Source: Caecitellus pseudoparvulus (Eukaryota > Protista > Bigyra: Bicosoecida). Taken from it: 64,000 nucleotides of DNA. Shown here one piece after another: positions 43,657 through 56,380 of this stretch. The stretch covers positions 596,032 to 660,031 of the forward strand of contig CBFFRQ010000066.1 of NCBI GenBank assembly GCA_965644315.1. Direction: 5' to 3'. The translations under genes and the position numbers were made by a program. The notes under the pieces were generated by a model that saw only the letters and a program-made list of their open reading frames with translations, ran no database searches and was not told where the DNA came from. The stretch's first letter is position 1. Each line of letters opens with the position of its first letter.

Positions 43657-46600
43657 TCACTTCTTGCCTTCGATGGCGAGCGTGTCAGCAGAGCCTGGCG
43701 GCAGCAGCCCTTCATGTTGCCTGGAGCCAGCCGACGCGGCGCGGGAGGCGGCCACAGCAGCGGCAGCCGACCCTGCTGCAGACCGGGGGGCGTACAGGAA
43801 CCCGCCCTTGTGGCGCAGCACGAACACTTCCCCACGCAGGGCCTCCATCTCGGCAGCCTGCAGCGCCACTAGCTGGCGCAGGCGCGCCTTCTCCGCGGCA
43901 GCCTCCTTGGCTCCGGCAGACTCGTCGGACAGCAGGGCCGATGCGCCCTGTGTGTCGTCCAGCTCGCCCTCCAGGCTGGCTTGCTTGTCGCTGAGCCCCG
44001 CGATGGCTTCCAGTAGCTGCGTGTTGGCCCGCGTCACCTCCACCAGCGCAGCCTGCTGCTCAGAGATGCGGCCTTGCAGCCGCCGCGCCTCGCCTCGCTG
44101 GGTCAACTCCTGGTCTCCCACCTCACCCTCGGCCGCCTTGATGGCGGCTGAGGCGCCCGCCTTGTCCAGCTGTTGGATGTCGATGGGCTGCCCGAACTTC
44201 AGCACCTGCAGGTCGCGCGTGCGTGTCTGTGTCGCCGCAATGTCCGCTTCAGCCTCGCTGTGCTCGCGCTTCAGGCGGCGCTGGGCCTTGCGCAGGTCAG
44301 TGAAGCCTTCCCGCAGCGCATGCGTCTCATCCTGCAGGGAGCCCACACGTTTGCGCAAGTCCGCCAGGCTGTCTGGCTTCATGAGCAAGGCTGAGGCCAG
44401 TGTGGGAGGCACTTGGCCCACCGGCCGCCGATCTGCCTCCTCCACCGCCCGGTGCGCAGACTGCACCTCTGCAATGGAGGCGCCTGGAGCGATGTCCAGG
44501 TCCCGTGGCAGTGGGTCTGGGTGGGGCGCACCGTCCATGGCGTCCTGCACCTCCACGACACACCCCTTGCCCAGGTACACCTGCGAGAACGCCAGCGGCA
44601 CGGTGATGGTGAGCTTGTTCAGCACGCCCTGCTTCTCTGACTGGAACGCGGCGATCTCCCGCCGGATGGCGTTCAGGTCCGACGCCACCTGCCCCTGCCG
44701 TGCCCGGTGGCGGTCCAGGGCCGCCTGGATGCTGGTCTCGGAGGACACCAGGTCCCCCATGACCTCCTCCAGGTCCAGGCGCTCCTCGCGCAGGTCCAGG
44801 ACGCGGTCGAAGAGGGCTTGCTCACAGCCCTCGGGGCACACGTCGTCGCCCATGTCGTCCTCCTCGTCGTCTTCTTCCCCATCCCAGTCAATCTCACTCT
44901 CCTCGTCACTGCCCCCTGCGTCCTCCTCCCCACCATCCCGACTGCGCTTCACGCGGCGCCGGAAGATGCGCAGCAGCTCCGCGTGGGCGGGGTGCGACCC
45001 AGGCACCATCTCCTCGAACTGGTCCAGGATGGCTGCCTGGCGTGCCTCCCACCCCCCCCGCTGGTTGCCCTTCTCCTCCAGCGCCGCCTGGCACTCAGAC
45101 AGGGCCGCCTCAATGGACGCCTTCTCCGAAAGGGACTTAGACAGCTTCAAGGACAGGGCGCGGTCACGCTTGGCCATGTCGCTCAGCAGCTGCAGCTCGT
45201 GGGACAGGGTGAGGGAGCGCACCTCGCCGCCCTTCAGGTGCGTCGCGATGGTCAGGCGCTCCCGGCCCAGTGCCGCCAGCGCGTCGTCGAAACCCTTGAC
45301 GGCTGCAGAGATGTGCCGCACGACACGGCGCCGGGCCGCTGCCCACCGCGCACGCAGGTGCTCAGGCTCAGCGGCGCCTGGTAGAAGCACAGGGACGCAG
45401 GGCGTGGACAGGGGCACGGGCGGCATGCGTGTGTGCTGGCCTGGGGGGGAGGTGAGTGTGGCTGCCGACGGCGCCATGCCCCGCTTGATGCGGCTGGCAG
45501 CCATGACAGCCCCCAGCACGGGGTTGTCCCCCGCCCAGGCAGGCAGCCCCCCGCCTCGCACAGCGCGGCGGTCGGAAGCAAAGGTGTGGCGCTGGGGCAG
45601 GCTGGCGCCGGCCATGCGGCGGCGGCGGCGGCGGGTCACGGTGCGCTTGTCTCCCGTGGCGGGCGGCAGGGGCGTGGACTGGGCAACTTCGTTGGCCACG
45701 CGCACCTCCCGCAGTTCAGGCCACTCCTGTGGGTCGTTGTACGGGTCGGAGGGGGGCGCCCACAGGCCCGGCACCACTGCCGACTCGTCCCCAAGCGCCT
45801 TGGACAGCTCTACGACACGGGCGTTGGCAGCGTGCACGGCAGCCACCAGGGACGCACGCAGACTGCGCAGCGCGAGCAAGCGGTGGTTGAAGTGCATCTG
45901 CACGACGAACAGGGCGGCCTGCAGCACAGTGGCCTGCTGGGCCTTCTTGTGGGCGTCCAGGCGCTTGTGCTCGGGCACGGTGTAGGCGGGGTCCGACTTG
46001 AGGGGGAAGTTGCCCTTGTTGTGCTGGGCGTCGGCCAGTGCCTCGGCCAGGTCGGGGTCCACGTCATCGGGCCCCGGGCGCACGTCTTGGACCCGGCGCA
46101 GCGCGGCAGCTCGCGCCAGCCGCCGAGCCTTGCGCACCTCGAAGCTGCTGCCGGTGATGTTGGCGTCAGTGCCCATGGCCAGCAGGAGAGGCTCGTCAGC
46201 TGCGTGCAGTTTGCGCCGGAACAGGGCCGCGGCAGTCTGCCGTGAGGCACCGCCGTGCCTGCCCTCATGACCCTCGTCACCGTCCCCTTCCAGCGCTGCT
46301 CGCAGCTCTTCCACCTGCGCCAGCAGGTCGCGTGGCAGGGCCCGCGTGGGGAAGGACTTCACCACCGTGCTGCGGTCATTCAGCCCCGGCACGGAGAACG
46401 CCTCCACAAGGAGCGGGTCAAGGTAAGCACCGCGCAGCTTGGCCACTGACAAGCGGGCGGCCTCGCCCTCGTACGCCAGCTGCCGCTCCACCTCCTTCAG
46501 CCCCGCCTCCGCCTCGCCCTGGAGACGGGACGCCATCTCGGCGTCGATGACCAGCTCTGCCGGGTCCAGCTGTGGCAGACTGCCTGCCTTGGCAGCCGCC

Positions 46601-49600
46601 TGCACTTGCTGCCACTGCTCCTCGCCTTCCTTGCCAGGGGGCAAGCCCAGGCTGCTGCGGGAGACAGGCAGCCCCATACGCAGGCGCAGGGCGGCGAAAT
46701 CCAACTGCATGCGCCGCACGACACCCCGCACACGCTCCTTGGCCACCTCAGCAGCGGCAGCACGGGCGTCCGCTTCATCCTGCAGCTTGGCCTGCTGCAG
46801 GCTGTACGCCGTGGGGGCGGCGATGTCCTCTGCTTCCTTGCCCTCCAGAGCGCTGGCCACACTGGCGCCGTCGTCGTCATCGGGACGGCTCTGCGGCGCT
46901 GGGAAGACGTCACCCCCTGCACCCTCCTCGGCATCTTTCCCTTCCTGCAGCGCCTTCAAGTGCCCAGCACCAGTGGGCGGCGGCCCGATGAGCGTCGCTG
47001 GGTCCAGCGCCACCACACCTGACGAGCCCAGCTTGGCAGGCGTGCTCGCTGCAGCTGCGCCGCCAGCGGCAGCTTTTCCAGCACCTGCTGTCACCGCAGC
47101 AGCCTCTTCCTCCTCCTCACTGGGCAGTGTGGGCGGGTTGGTCACCACCTCAGCCGCCACGGCACGCTCGCCCAGTGCCGCAGTGTACACCGACGCGTTG
47201 GCCAGGGCCATGCCCCCCTTCCACGGGACATGGGCAGAGACGACGCTGGTCTCCAGCGCCAGTGGACCGGGTCCCTCCTCCTCCCGCTCAGCAATCAGTG
47301 CCGCCAGGATGCCCTCTGCGCCACCCTTGGGCAGCAACACGTCAGGGGCATCGTGGGGAAAGGGGTGTGGTACGATGCCATGTCGGTCCAGACCATCCAG
47401 CCCCGCGCTCTCGTCCTCCTGCACTGCCGCCAGCATGCCTGGCACGTTCAGCCGCAGCGCCAGCAGGGCGCCCAGTGGGGACGGCACCAGTAGGAATGCA
47501 CCGTCGAACGTGAGAGCTGCGCGGGCCAGGCTGGCGCTCTGGACGGCCTGAGCACTGCTCGCATCCACGCGCATGTACCGTTTGGGGTTGGTCGCGGGGC
47601 GCATCGTGACAGAGCCATCCAAACTCGCTGCCACGAGGAGAGTCACAGGGGCTGACGCCCCCCCTCCTGGCGCCACCTGCACGGTTGACAGTGTGGACAC
47701 GGGCGCGTGTGCGTTGGCATACGTCGCGACGGGTGTCACCGTGGCCAGGTCCGGCGTGGCGCCTTCCTTGCAGTGCTCAGAGGCAGGCAGCAGGGCGACG
47801 CTGGGAGCTCCGGGGGTGGGCGCACCCTGCGGACGGGGCAGTGCCACCTCCAGCAGCAGCTGGCACATGTCTTGGCTCGTGCACAACAAAACACGCCAGG
47901 TGCCGCTGAAGTCCTTCTTGGAGTTGGTGAAGCTGATGGCGTTGGCATGCGTGGCACTCTCATCCCACGGCGCAAAGGCAGCGGCAGTCAGTGTGCCCGG
48001 GTGCCGGGCCTTCAGGCGAGCCTCTTCCTCCTCTGCCGCTGCAGCAGCGGCCTTGGCATCCCGACCCGACACCGGGGCAGGGCTGGGAGTCGGGCTGCCT
48101 TCCCCGTCACCCTCCTCCACCTCAGGCGGCGCCAGGCGCAGCGGGGTGGGTTTCATCGGCAGGCTCAGCGCATACCGGGCGTAGGGCAGGTCCAGCTGGA
48201 ACGTCTTGGCCGTGTCAGGGTAGTGCTGGGCTGTGCCTGGCAGGGGCAGCACGGCCACCTCGGGGGCAGACCCAGCCGCCCTCCCCGCAACAGCCGGCTT
48301 CACGAGGAGGTGGTAACCGCTGGCGCCTCCAGAAGGGTGCCACTGCAGCGAGCCCACTGGCCAGGGGAATGGCACAAAACCCAGGGGGGTGAGCCCACCC
48401 TCCCCTGCCTCTGGCACTGCGAAAATGAACACGCTGCCGTCAGAGGAAGAGCTGGCGAGGAAAGCGCCATCAGCGGAGAAGGTGAGCGCCGTCACGGGTC
48501 CAGAGTGCGGCTTGAACACTTGCCGCCGCAGCCACGTAGAGTGCGCAGCGTCCAACAGCAGCAGGCGGGCCACGCCGTCCTCGAACCCCACCAACACGCC
48601 GGCTTTGCCAGCCAGTGCTGGCGACTGCGGCACCCAGGCGGCACAGGTGGCCGCACACCCCGATGCAGCTGAGAAGGTGCAGATGAGGGAGCGCGCAGCG
48701 ACGTCCCACGCCCGCACACTGCCGTCCTGGCCTGCAGACACGGCCACTTGCAGGGTGGGGGATGTCACCACGGCATGCACAGCGCCGGCATGGCTGACAA
48801 GCACCTTGCTGGCGTCGCCGCTGTCGGCGTTCAGGGACCAGACACCCCCCCCCGCGTCGAGCACTGCAAACTGCTGCTCAGCCAGGTGCACCAGGCCCGC
48901 CACCTGCACTGGGCGTCCACCTGCGTCGCCCACACGCACCTCTGCCAACGGCTCCAGCAGCACGTGCAGCTCCTCTTCAAACGTGTCGGCCGTGTCGATA
49001 TCGTGGAAGGACCACCAGCGCAAGATGCCGTCGTCGCCCCCCGTCACGAAGCGGCTGTTGTCCACGCCGCCATCCGGGCCTGGTAGCCACTTGACCGCCT
49101 TGATGTCCCCGTGATGCGCAGGCAGTCGCGCGTCGGGGGCGTCGGACAGCGGGTCTGGCCTGGCGAGGAGGCACTTGATGAAGTGCCCCTCCCACAGGAT
49201 GAGTTCCCCCGTTTCCGAGCCAGACAACACCTTGCCGTCCGGCAGCTCTGCAAAGGCGCTGACGTCTGACAGGTCCACCCTGCCGAACTTGCCGATCTCC
49301 CCCTGCAGCTTCATTCCCGTGAATGTGCTGGCCATGCGCCAGAACCGGATGTGCCCGATGCCCGAAGACGTCAGCTTGCCCGGCATGAAGGGGTGGAACT
49401 GCACCGTGTACACCTCTTGGCTGAACGCCTTGCTGCGCAAGTGCAGCTTCTCCTCACGCCACCTCCACACGGTCAGCGTGAAGTCTGGCGCGGCGCCCAC
49501 GGACGCCAGCAGCTCGCCGTCCTCAGAGAACGCCAGGTCTGTGAACTGCACCTCCGTGCCGCCGGCCAAGACGCTCGTCACAGCGAGGTCAGACAGACGG

Positions 49601-50141
49601 TACACAAGGATGCGTGGCTGGCCACCACGCCCGCCCAGCGCCAGGAATTCGCCACTGGGGTGAGCTGCCACACCACCCACACCACCCACATCCATGCCTG
49701 TAATGTACCGACTGGTGCCGTTCGTGAGGTCTGCGTGAGGGGCAGTGGGCGTCTGGTGAGGTTGGGTGACGGCGGAGTGCGAGGCCAGCGCACGCACCAA
49801 GCAGCCGCACGGCGTTGCCGCCCACCACTGCGATTTCCGTGGCAGAAATGCGGAGCAGGGAGTTCTTCTTCGCCACATCTGCCCCAAACATGCAGTGCAG
49901 CGCCGCAAAGTCACGTGGTAGCTCGCCAAATCGACGGGGCTGCGGGGAAGCAGCGGCGCTTGCGATGTCAAGTCGGCTCTTTGCACCCTGAAGCACGCGC
50001 CGTCTTCGCAAGACGCACCTGTGACAAGCCCCGTTCATCCTGCACACTGAGCTCAGTGACCTTGCTCTCTCCCTCCTCTGCCAGCTCAGGCTCTGGGCTG
50101 GCGGCCTTGGCTTCCTCCTTCCCTTCGCTGGCTGCAGCCAT
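43657..50141 (-). CDS. CFAP44: Cilia- and flagella-associated protein 44 (WDR52)
   Basis: ATG at 50141, two 5' introns. WD40 region with LRSKAFSQEVY..SGIGHIRFWRMASTFTGMKLQGEIGKFG..GKVLSGSETG..LWEG; GNFPLKSDPAYTVP; CPEGCEQALFDRVLDLRE..RLD; LQVLKFGQPID; LRHKGG. Confidence 0.93.
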
Positions 50142-50654
50142 GTTGTATCCAAGCTCCGCAGCAGTTGACTGTCGCTCCGGCCCACGTTCAGCGGGCAGCG
50201 AGTCAATGGGTGCTCAAATGTAATGAGCTGCAAGACAAGCTTGTAAGACCTCTCTGCTTTATTCAAGGCTTTCCTCCAAGCCAACAGATGGCGTGGTTGG
50301 GAAAGCTTGGGCCGCTTTGCGGAATTTGCAGCCCAGCGAAGCAGCACGGACCAGTCCAGCAGCCAGGGGAAGAGCTGTGAGTGCCAGCTGTGCCGCACTT
50401 TCTCTGCTCCACAATTGAGGTAGCTTTTCGTTTTTGCCTTCGGTGAGGAAGCGGTCACCAGCCCAGTTGGTGGCAGAGTTAGCAATTCCAGCTGCATCAA
50501 GGTTCAGTCAAAGTGGGAAAAACAAAACTCATCAAGCAACTACACTTGCGTACAGCAACGCAATTCCGTCATCAACCTTTGTGTGTATAGCTTGTACTGC
50601 TAGCGAACCGCAGGCAGCGTTTCAGAGCAGCGTTTCATCGGTGCATCAGTCGAG

Positions 50655-50876
50655 ATGGGGAACACAGTCGTGCATGCGCAAGCGCCAGCAGCTCCGGCGG
50701 CAGAGCCAAAGAAATGCGGCCCCAAGCTCGGCAAGAGTGGCAAGAAGATCTGCTGCTCTTGCCCCGACACACGGAAGTTGCGAGATGCGTGCGTGGTGGA
50801 GAAGGGCCAGGAGCACTGTCAAGACCTCATTGAAGCGCACAAGGCCTGCCTGCGGGAGGAAGGCTTCCGCGTGTGA
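50655..50876 (+). CDS. COX17: Mitochondrial copper chaperone
   Basis: [41 protein letters not shown]: CC copper site plus twin CX9C. Confidence 0.96.
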   Translation: MGNTVVHAQAPAAPAAEPKKCGPKLGKSGKKICCSCPDTRKLRDACVVEKGQEHCQDLIEAHKACLREEGFRV

Positions 50877-51035
50877 AGTTATTAAGCAGTGTTTGAGATT
50901 AGTGGTCACTCTGCCAGCTTCAGGACACTCTTGGGCCTGGGCCGCCGGCCGTGCGGCTGTGGCGTTCAGTGACGTATTTCGGCAGAAGTGCCCGAGCGGC
51001 GCAACGCCCTCGAAAATGCATTGCATGTCCGGAGC

Positions 51036-54000
51036 TCACACGACGTTGCTGTGCACCCGCAAGGCTGGCAGGTGGGCATGGGAGCCACTGGGTTCGCTGC
51101 CAGTTTCATGAGGCGGCGAGTCCATGGATGGCGGCAGCTGGCTTGCGGGTTCCACGGAATCCCACCGCAAGACGGGGCGAGGCGAGGCGCCGCCTGACGC
51201 AGCTGCTGACGTGAGGGGGGCCGAGGTTGTGTCGTCCAGCGGCTCCCCCAGTGCCGACGACAGGGCGGCCATGCTCTTGCTGCCCCGGTGCAGCGGGGAG
51301 CGCAGCAGGTCTGACTCGGACGACTGCCTGGGTCGGGCCGGCGGCGCGGTGGGCAGGATGCCTGACGGCTGGGCCGTGATGCTGGACAGCGCCCGCTCTG
51401 CCTCCATGAGGCCGTGGTTCACGATCTCCGTCCACTTGCCGTACTGCAGCAGGCTGTACCCCTGCACGTCGGGGCGGATGTACACGAAGCGGGGCGTGTT
51501 CGGGTCGGCGCGGCGGGTGGCGTCCTGCAGACGCGCGATCATGGATCGCATGGCCATCGTGTGGCTGATGTACGACACCTTCATGGTGAAGACAGACATC
51601 GAGGGGATGGTGAGGGGCTTGGCCAGGCCCAGCAGCCCCAGCAGCGCACGCCCAGCCAGGTACCACCCTGACAGGCTGTCTCCATACTCCTCACGGTCCA
51701 CACCCTCCACTGCCGAGTTGTCCTTGTTCTCCACGTCCACTGCCAGGATGGTGCCGATGCTGGGGCACAGCGCGTGCATGACATCCACCGGCAGGTTGTT
51801 CACATACCCGCCATCAACCAGCAGATGCCCCTGCACGTCCATGAGCGGCGGCAGCAGGCCGATGATGGTCATGGAGGCCCGTGCGTACCTCCACAGCGGG
51901 CCTGTGTGGTGGATGTCCATGGTGTCTGCCGTCACGTTGGTGCTGACGCAGAAGTACTTCACCCACAAGTCCTCGATCTGGGTGTCTCCGAACGTGCTCT
52001 GCAACACTTCGTTGAAGAAGGCGCCCGAGAAATACGCGATCATCGGCAGCGTCATGCGCAAGTACAGCATGGGGGAGCCGATTTCGTTAGCCAGCAGGCG
52101 CGCCAGTTCCCCTGCTTTGCGGGCAGACATGGTCTTGGCGTAGCAGCCGCCCATGAAGGCGCCTTGGGAGGTGCCGCCGATGAAGTCCACAGGAATGCCC
52201 CGGTCCTCCAGCACCTTGAAGACGCCGAGGTGGGCCAGGCCACGTGCGCCGCCCCCACCCAGCACCACTCCCACGGCAGTTCCTGCGATGAAGCGGCCTA
52301 CACGCGCGACGTCGCCAGGCACAGCAGCTCGTACGTGGTGGTGCCAGGACAAGCTTCGATGCCGCAGCCAATTCCGGGTGCAGTTGGGCTTGGCGTTGGG
52401 GTCCGTGTACAGCAGCACCAGCTCTCGCCGGGCCGAGCTCGGAGGAGGGGGCTCCTTCGTGTGGTATCGCGGGACGCTGTGGCGTGGCGCCTGGGGCGTC
52501 GGACCCGCCGCCCCCACTGACCGCAGCAACGCGCCCACCTCGTTGCCAAGGCCGAGACCAGCTGCCAGACGCGTCACGGTGCGAGAGGGCCGCACGTTGT
52601 CGATGGCCGTCTCGCGACGCGGGTCCCCGGCAGGGTGGGTGTTGGCAGCCAGCGCCGCCTCCACAGCGTTCAAGCCGGGGTCTGCTCCTGCCGTGCCAAC
52701 CAGCAAGGCAAGGTCTGCTTGGGAGTACGCGGTGGCGCACCAGTCAGGCAGGCCCAGGTCGCCCACCAGCAGGACAAATCGGTGCTGCTCCTCCTGGGTG
52801 CTGAGCCACGCCGTAATGCGTGCCCGCGCGAAGACGCTGTCCACACCGGCTGCACAGCCCACGCCCAGCACCTCATCCAAAGTGGAGGCGGTGACCACCA
52901 CCACATCGCCATGTGCGCGCAGGCAGTCCGCCAGGGTCGTCACGAAAGCAGACAGCAACGGCTGCCCCACGCCTCGTGCTCCCGCAGGCAACACCGCGAT
53001 GGTGGCGATGTCACTGCGCCCAGTGGGGGTGTGAGCCGCTGCCCCCAGTGGCAGCTGCGAAGTTGCAGGCCGCCCCCCACGCTCGACACCGGCACTGCCC
53101 ACCGTGGCACGCGTCAAGGACGACATGAGGTTCAGGCCTGCCAAGGACACAGCATGGTTCAGCCGACCCGTGGAGGCGGCTCGGTGCAGGCGGTGTGTGG
53201 CTTCCGCGCGCGCGGCAGTGGCGGCAGCTGGGCCAGGGCGGGGAGCGCTCGGCATGCCGTGCAGGCGGGCCAGCAGCGCGCCGTACCGCTGTGCCATGGT
53301 GGTGGCAAACTTGCGCATGATGCTGGGGTGTGCCGTGGCGATCCAGTCGAACGCCTCAGGCGTCACGCGCACCAGCTCGCAGTCACGCACACACATGACG
53401 GTGTGGTCTCGCGTCGCCCCGCCCTCCCGCGCAAGCACGGCCACTTCCCCCACACTCTCCCCTCGCGTCACATCCAGGCGCCGCACACGCCCGCCCATGG
53501 CCAGCTCCAGCGCTGCCGTGCCGACATCGTCAGCCCCCTGCACGCCCCCTCGCGTCACGTGCATGGCAGCGTCCTTCCCTGACTGCCGACCAGCACTGTC
53601 CTCCCCACTGCCGCGCTGCGTCAGGTCAATGCGCAGTCGGCCTGAGATGACCAGGTACAACCCGTCCGCCTCCTCTCCAGCTTCGTACAGGGTGTCGCCT
53701 GCGCCCAGCCAGACACGCTGCAGGCCCAGGCCCAGAAACATGCGCAGCAAGGGCGTCAGGGCCTGCGCGATGCGCTGTGCCAGCAGCTGCAGCACGGTCA
53801 AGTCCCCAGCCCCAGCCGTGCTGGAGCCCTCAAGGTCCCGTGCCGCCAGCAAGAAGGCCCGGCGAGAAAACACGGCCCAGCGGCAGGGCGAGTTGCAGAT
53901 GATGGTGGCACGGCGGGGGGTGTCCACGAAGCAGGAGACGCCCCCCGCGATGGAGCCGTCCGCGAGGTTCCCCACCCACACCGTGTTGGGGGGAGCAGGT

Positions 54001-55639
54001 GCGGGTGTGGAGGGGGAGAACCGCACCCCCCCCTTGCCTCCCCCCTCCTCCCCTGCCTCCTCCTGGGATCCGGAGCTGTGGGCGGCAGAGGCGACGCTGC
54101 CTGCCACAGACGCCGCCATGGAGGCCATGCTCTCCCCCTCCTCCACGTATGCGCTGGCGGAGCCAGACATGAGCACGTACAGGCAGTCAGCGGCGTCGCC
54201 CTCTTTGAACAGTGTCGCGCCGGCGTCCAGCTGCACCGTGCTCGTGGCAGCACTCACCACTGCACTGCGGGGGACAGAGGGCAGGGCATCCTCGCCCTGC
54301 CCCGACACCTGCTTGGCAGGGGTGAGGGGGCTGTCAGACTCCGCCCCCTCCAGGCGCACGGCAGGGTGGGGGTGTGCCTCCTGCGCGGCAAAGGCGGCCT
54401 GGGGCAGGCCCAAGAAGTCCACCAGGGCGAAGAACGCCACTCGGTACTGCCGAGCAGTGGTGGTGAGGATGAAGTTCAGGCTGGAGCGGGGCCACTGGTG
54501 CAGGAACCACTCGTACGTGGGGCGGTCCACGTGCAGGAGGGAGGTGGGTGCGCCGCCGCTGGCCGCCTCCACACTCACAACACGCGTGGCAGAGGGGCCA
54601 GCCAGGAGAGAGTTCTCGCCCAGCGTGGAGCCCGGCTCAAACACGCACAGGATGGGATCCGCTGTGGAGGCTGTGCCAGCTGAGCGGCTCTTCGTGCCAG
54701 CGTCCGACTGGGCGGTGCCAGGCAGGCCGTACGCGGTGTGGCTGTGCAGGGCCGTGTCCAGGCCGAACCCACCCCCAGGCGTGAAGGGCGTGGGCTCTCC
54801 CTGCCAAGCATCGCGACTTGCTTCGCAGCCACCCTCCAGAATGCAGTCATCCACCACCATGCCCGGGCCGCGGGGGTCACCCCGGACGCAGAGTGCCCCC
54901 GATACCACCACGTACACACCATCTGCAGCGTCATCCCCTGCCCGGAACAGCGTCTCGCCGGGCTGCAGTGTCACGGCGCGGCTCTTCTGCGCAAGTGAGA
55001 TGGCCGCACCACGCGTGAGCTGGAAGGTGTGCCCCACGCTGCTTAGCACTCGCGCCCCGTGCTCGCCCAGCGCTGCCAGCACCTCAGGGTCCATGGCTGC
55101 TCGGTCTTGCAGGTGCTGCAGGAGGGTGCTGGTCATGCTGCGGCGGGGGGTTGCTCCCAGGGGAGTGGGCAGCGTCGCAAGGGCTTGCCCAGCCCCACTC
55201 TGCCCTGCCTCGCCACTGCCCCCCTCAGGCTTCCTGGCGGGCCCCACCTGGTGGGGGTACTCAGTCAACTCATCGGTTGGGTTCACCCGGTCGTACTGCA
55301 AGAAGAGGCGGATGTGGCGCATGACGTAGTCCTGCCCCCGATATCCGATGAAGCCGAGCACCAGGAGTGCAGCGTAGGTTCTGACTCTGTGTTTGGAGAC
55401 GATGCGGGCCAGCCAGTCGCTCCAAGGCAGGTGAGTGCTGCGCAGCAGCTGAGCTACAAGGCGGCGCGGCGAGAGCGACTGCAGCTTGTAGGGCCTGTGC
55501 CGTGGGAGCGAAGTGGGCGGGTTGGGTTGGCGTGCAACTTCCGCAACGCTCCGCAAGCTTACCCTCCGCTCGCAGACATGGCCACAAGGGCCAGCGCGCC
55601 CACAGCCAAGGCGGCTTTCATCGGAGCATTCATTTCCAT
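51036..55639 (-). CDS. Neuropathy target esterase / lysophospholipase NTE1 (PNPLA6/7-like): three cNMP-binding domains + patatin
   Basis: Probable first exon from ATG 55639 (hydrophobic), with a GTAAGC intron. cNMP motifs LFRAGD, LFKEGD and LYEAGE..SGRLR. Patatin motifs GGGGARGLAHLG, GTSQG and LVDGGYVNNLP. Confidence 0.93.
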
Positions 55640-56380
55640 CCTTGTCGTGAAAGTGGAGCTCCTCAAACCCTCGAGGGTGCGAGATCACGGGTGCTTGCTG
55701 TGGGATTCTGGACCCAGCTGCGGCCTTCGCCTCGCCGAGTGGGCGGTTGCACGGACTGGCTTGCACTTCGCCGGGGCAGCTTGCAAATGAGAACCCAACC
55801 GCAGGGAGAGGTGTCTGAGAGGATGGATGGTGTGTTTTGGAGGGACCGTTGCCGTGTTACTCCTCTCTGTTGTGCCCAGTTTCTCAGCAAGTAGGCAAAC
55901 CAGTTCAAGGCCAGGCTGTTTGACTAGTGCGAAGTACAAGAGCGTGGGCCGCCTTTCCCATGGTCTCAGTACTAGCCCAAGAGCGTTGGCCGCAGTTCAA
56001 ACATGCGCTCCGCCTCGTGAGTGTGCTCCCCGTTCTCGAAACCAGGCCCAGAATGCGAGGGCAGCGCAGTCATGCGCACATCAGCGCCGCCACACTCTGC
56101 GCAATCACCCCAACGAAAGCAAACCACAATGCGGCAGAAATCACAAAAGAACCCATCATTGAGGCTTCCTTGGGCACCCTTCCCAAACCTCGCAGCCCCG
56201 CTGCTTCTGCACCTGCCCGGTACCTGCTGCGAGCTTCACTTGACACGGCGAAGGCCCAACACGCCCGGCATTTGACTGGCCCCTGAAGCCGGCGTGCACC
56301 CATTGACGCGCATGGGCTGCTCGACGTTGTGGCTTCCTCTCCATGCCTCGGCTTGACGGGCTGCATTCTCGGTGCTGGCC

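Noticed and set aside
50160-50320. Two imperfect hairpins in the CFAP44/COX17 divergent promoter
   Set aside because: No snoRNA, tRNA or snRNA boxes were recognised, and such pairing is plausible by chance.
55927-56286. 119-aa ORF with a GTGAGT donor-like site upstream of the B56-like gene
   Set aside because: No recognisable motif, and I could not build a consistent spliced frame. It may be UTR or unresolved 5' exons.
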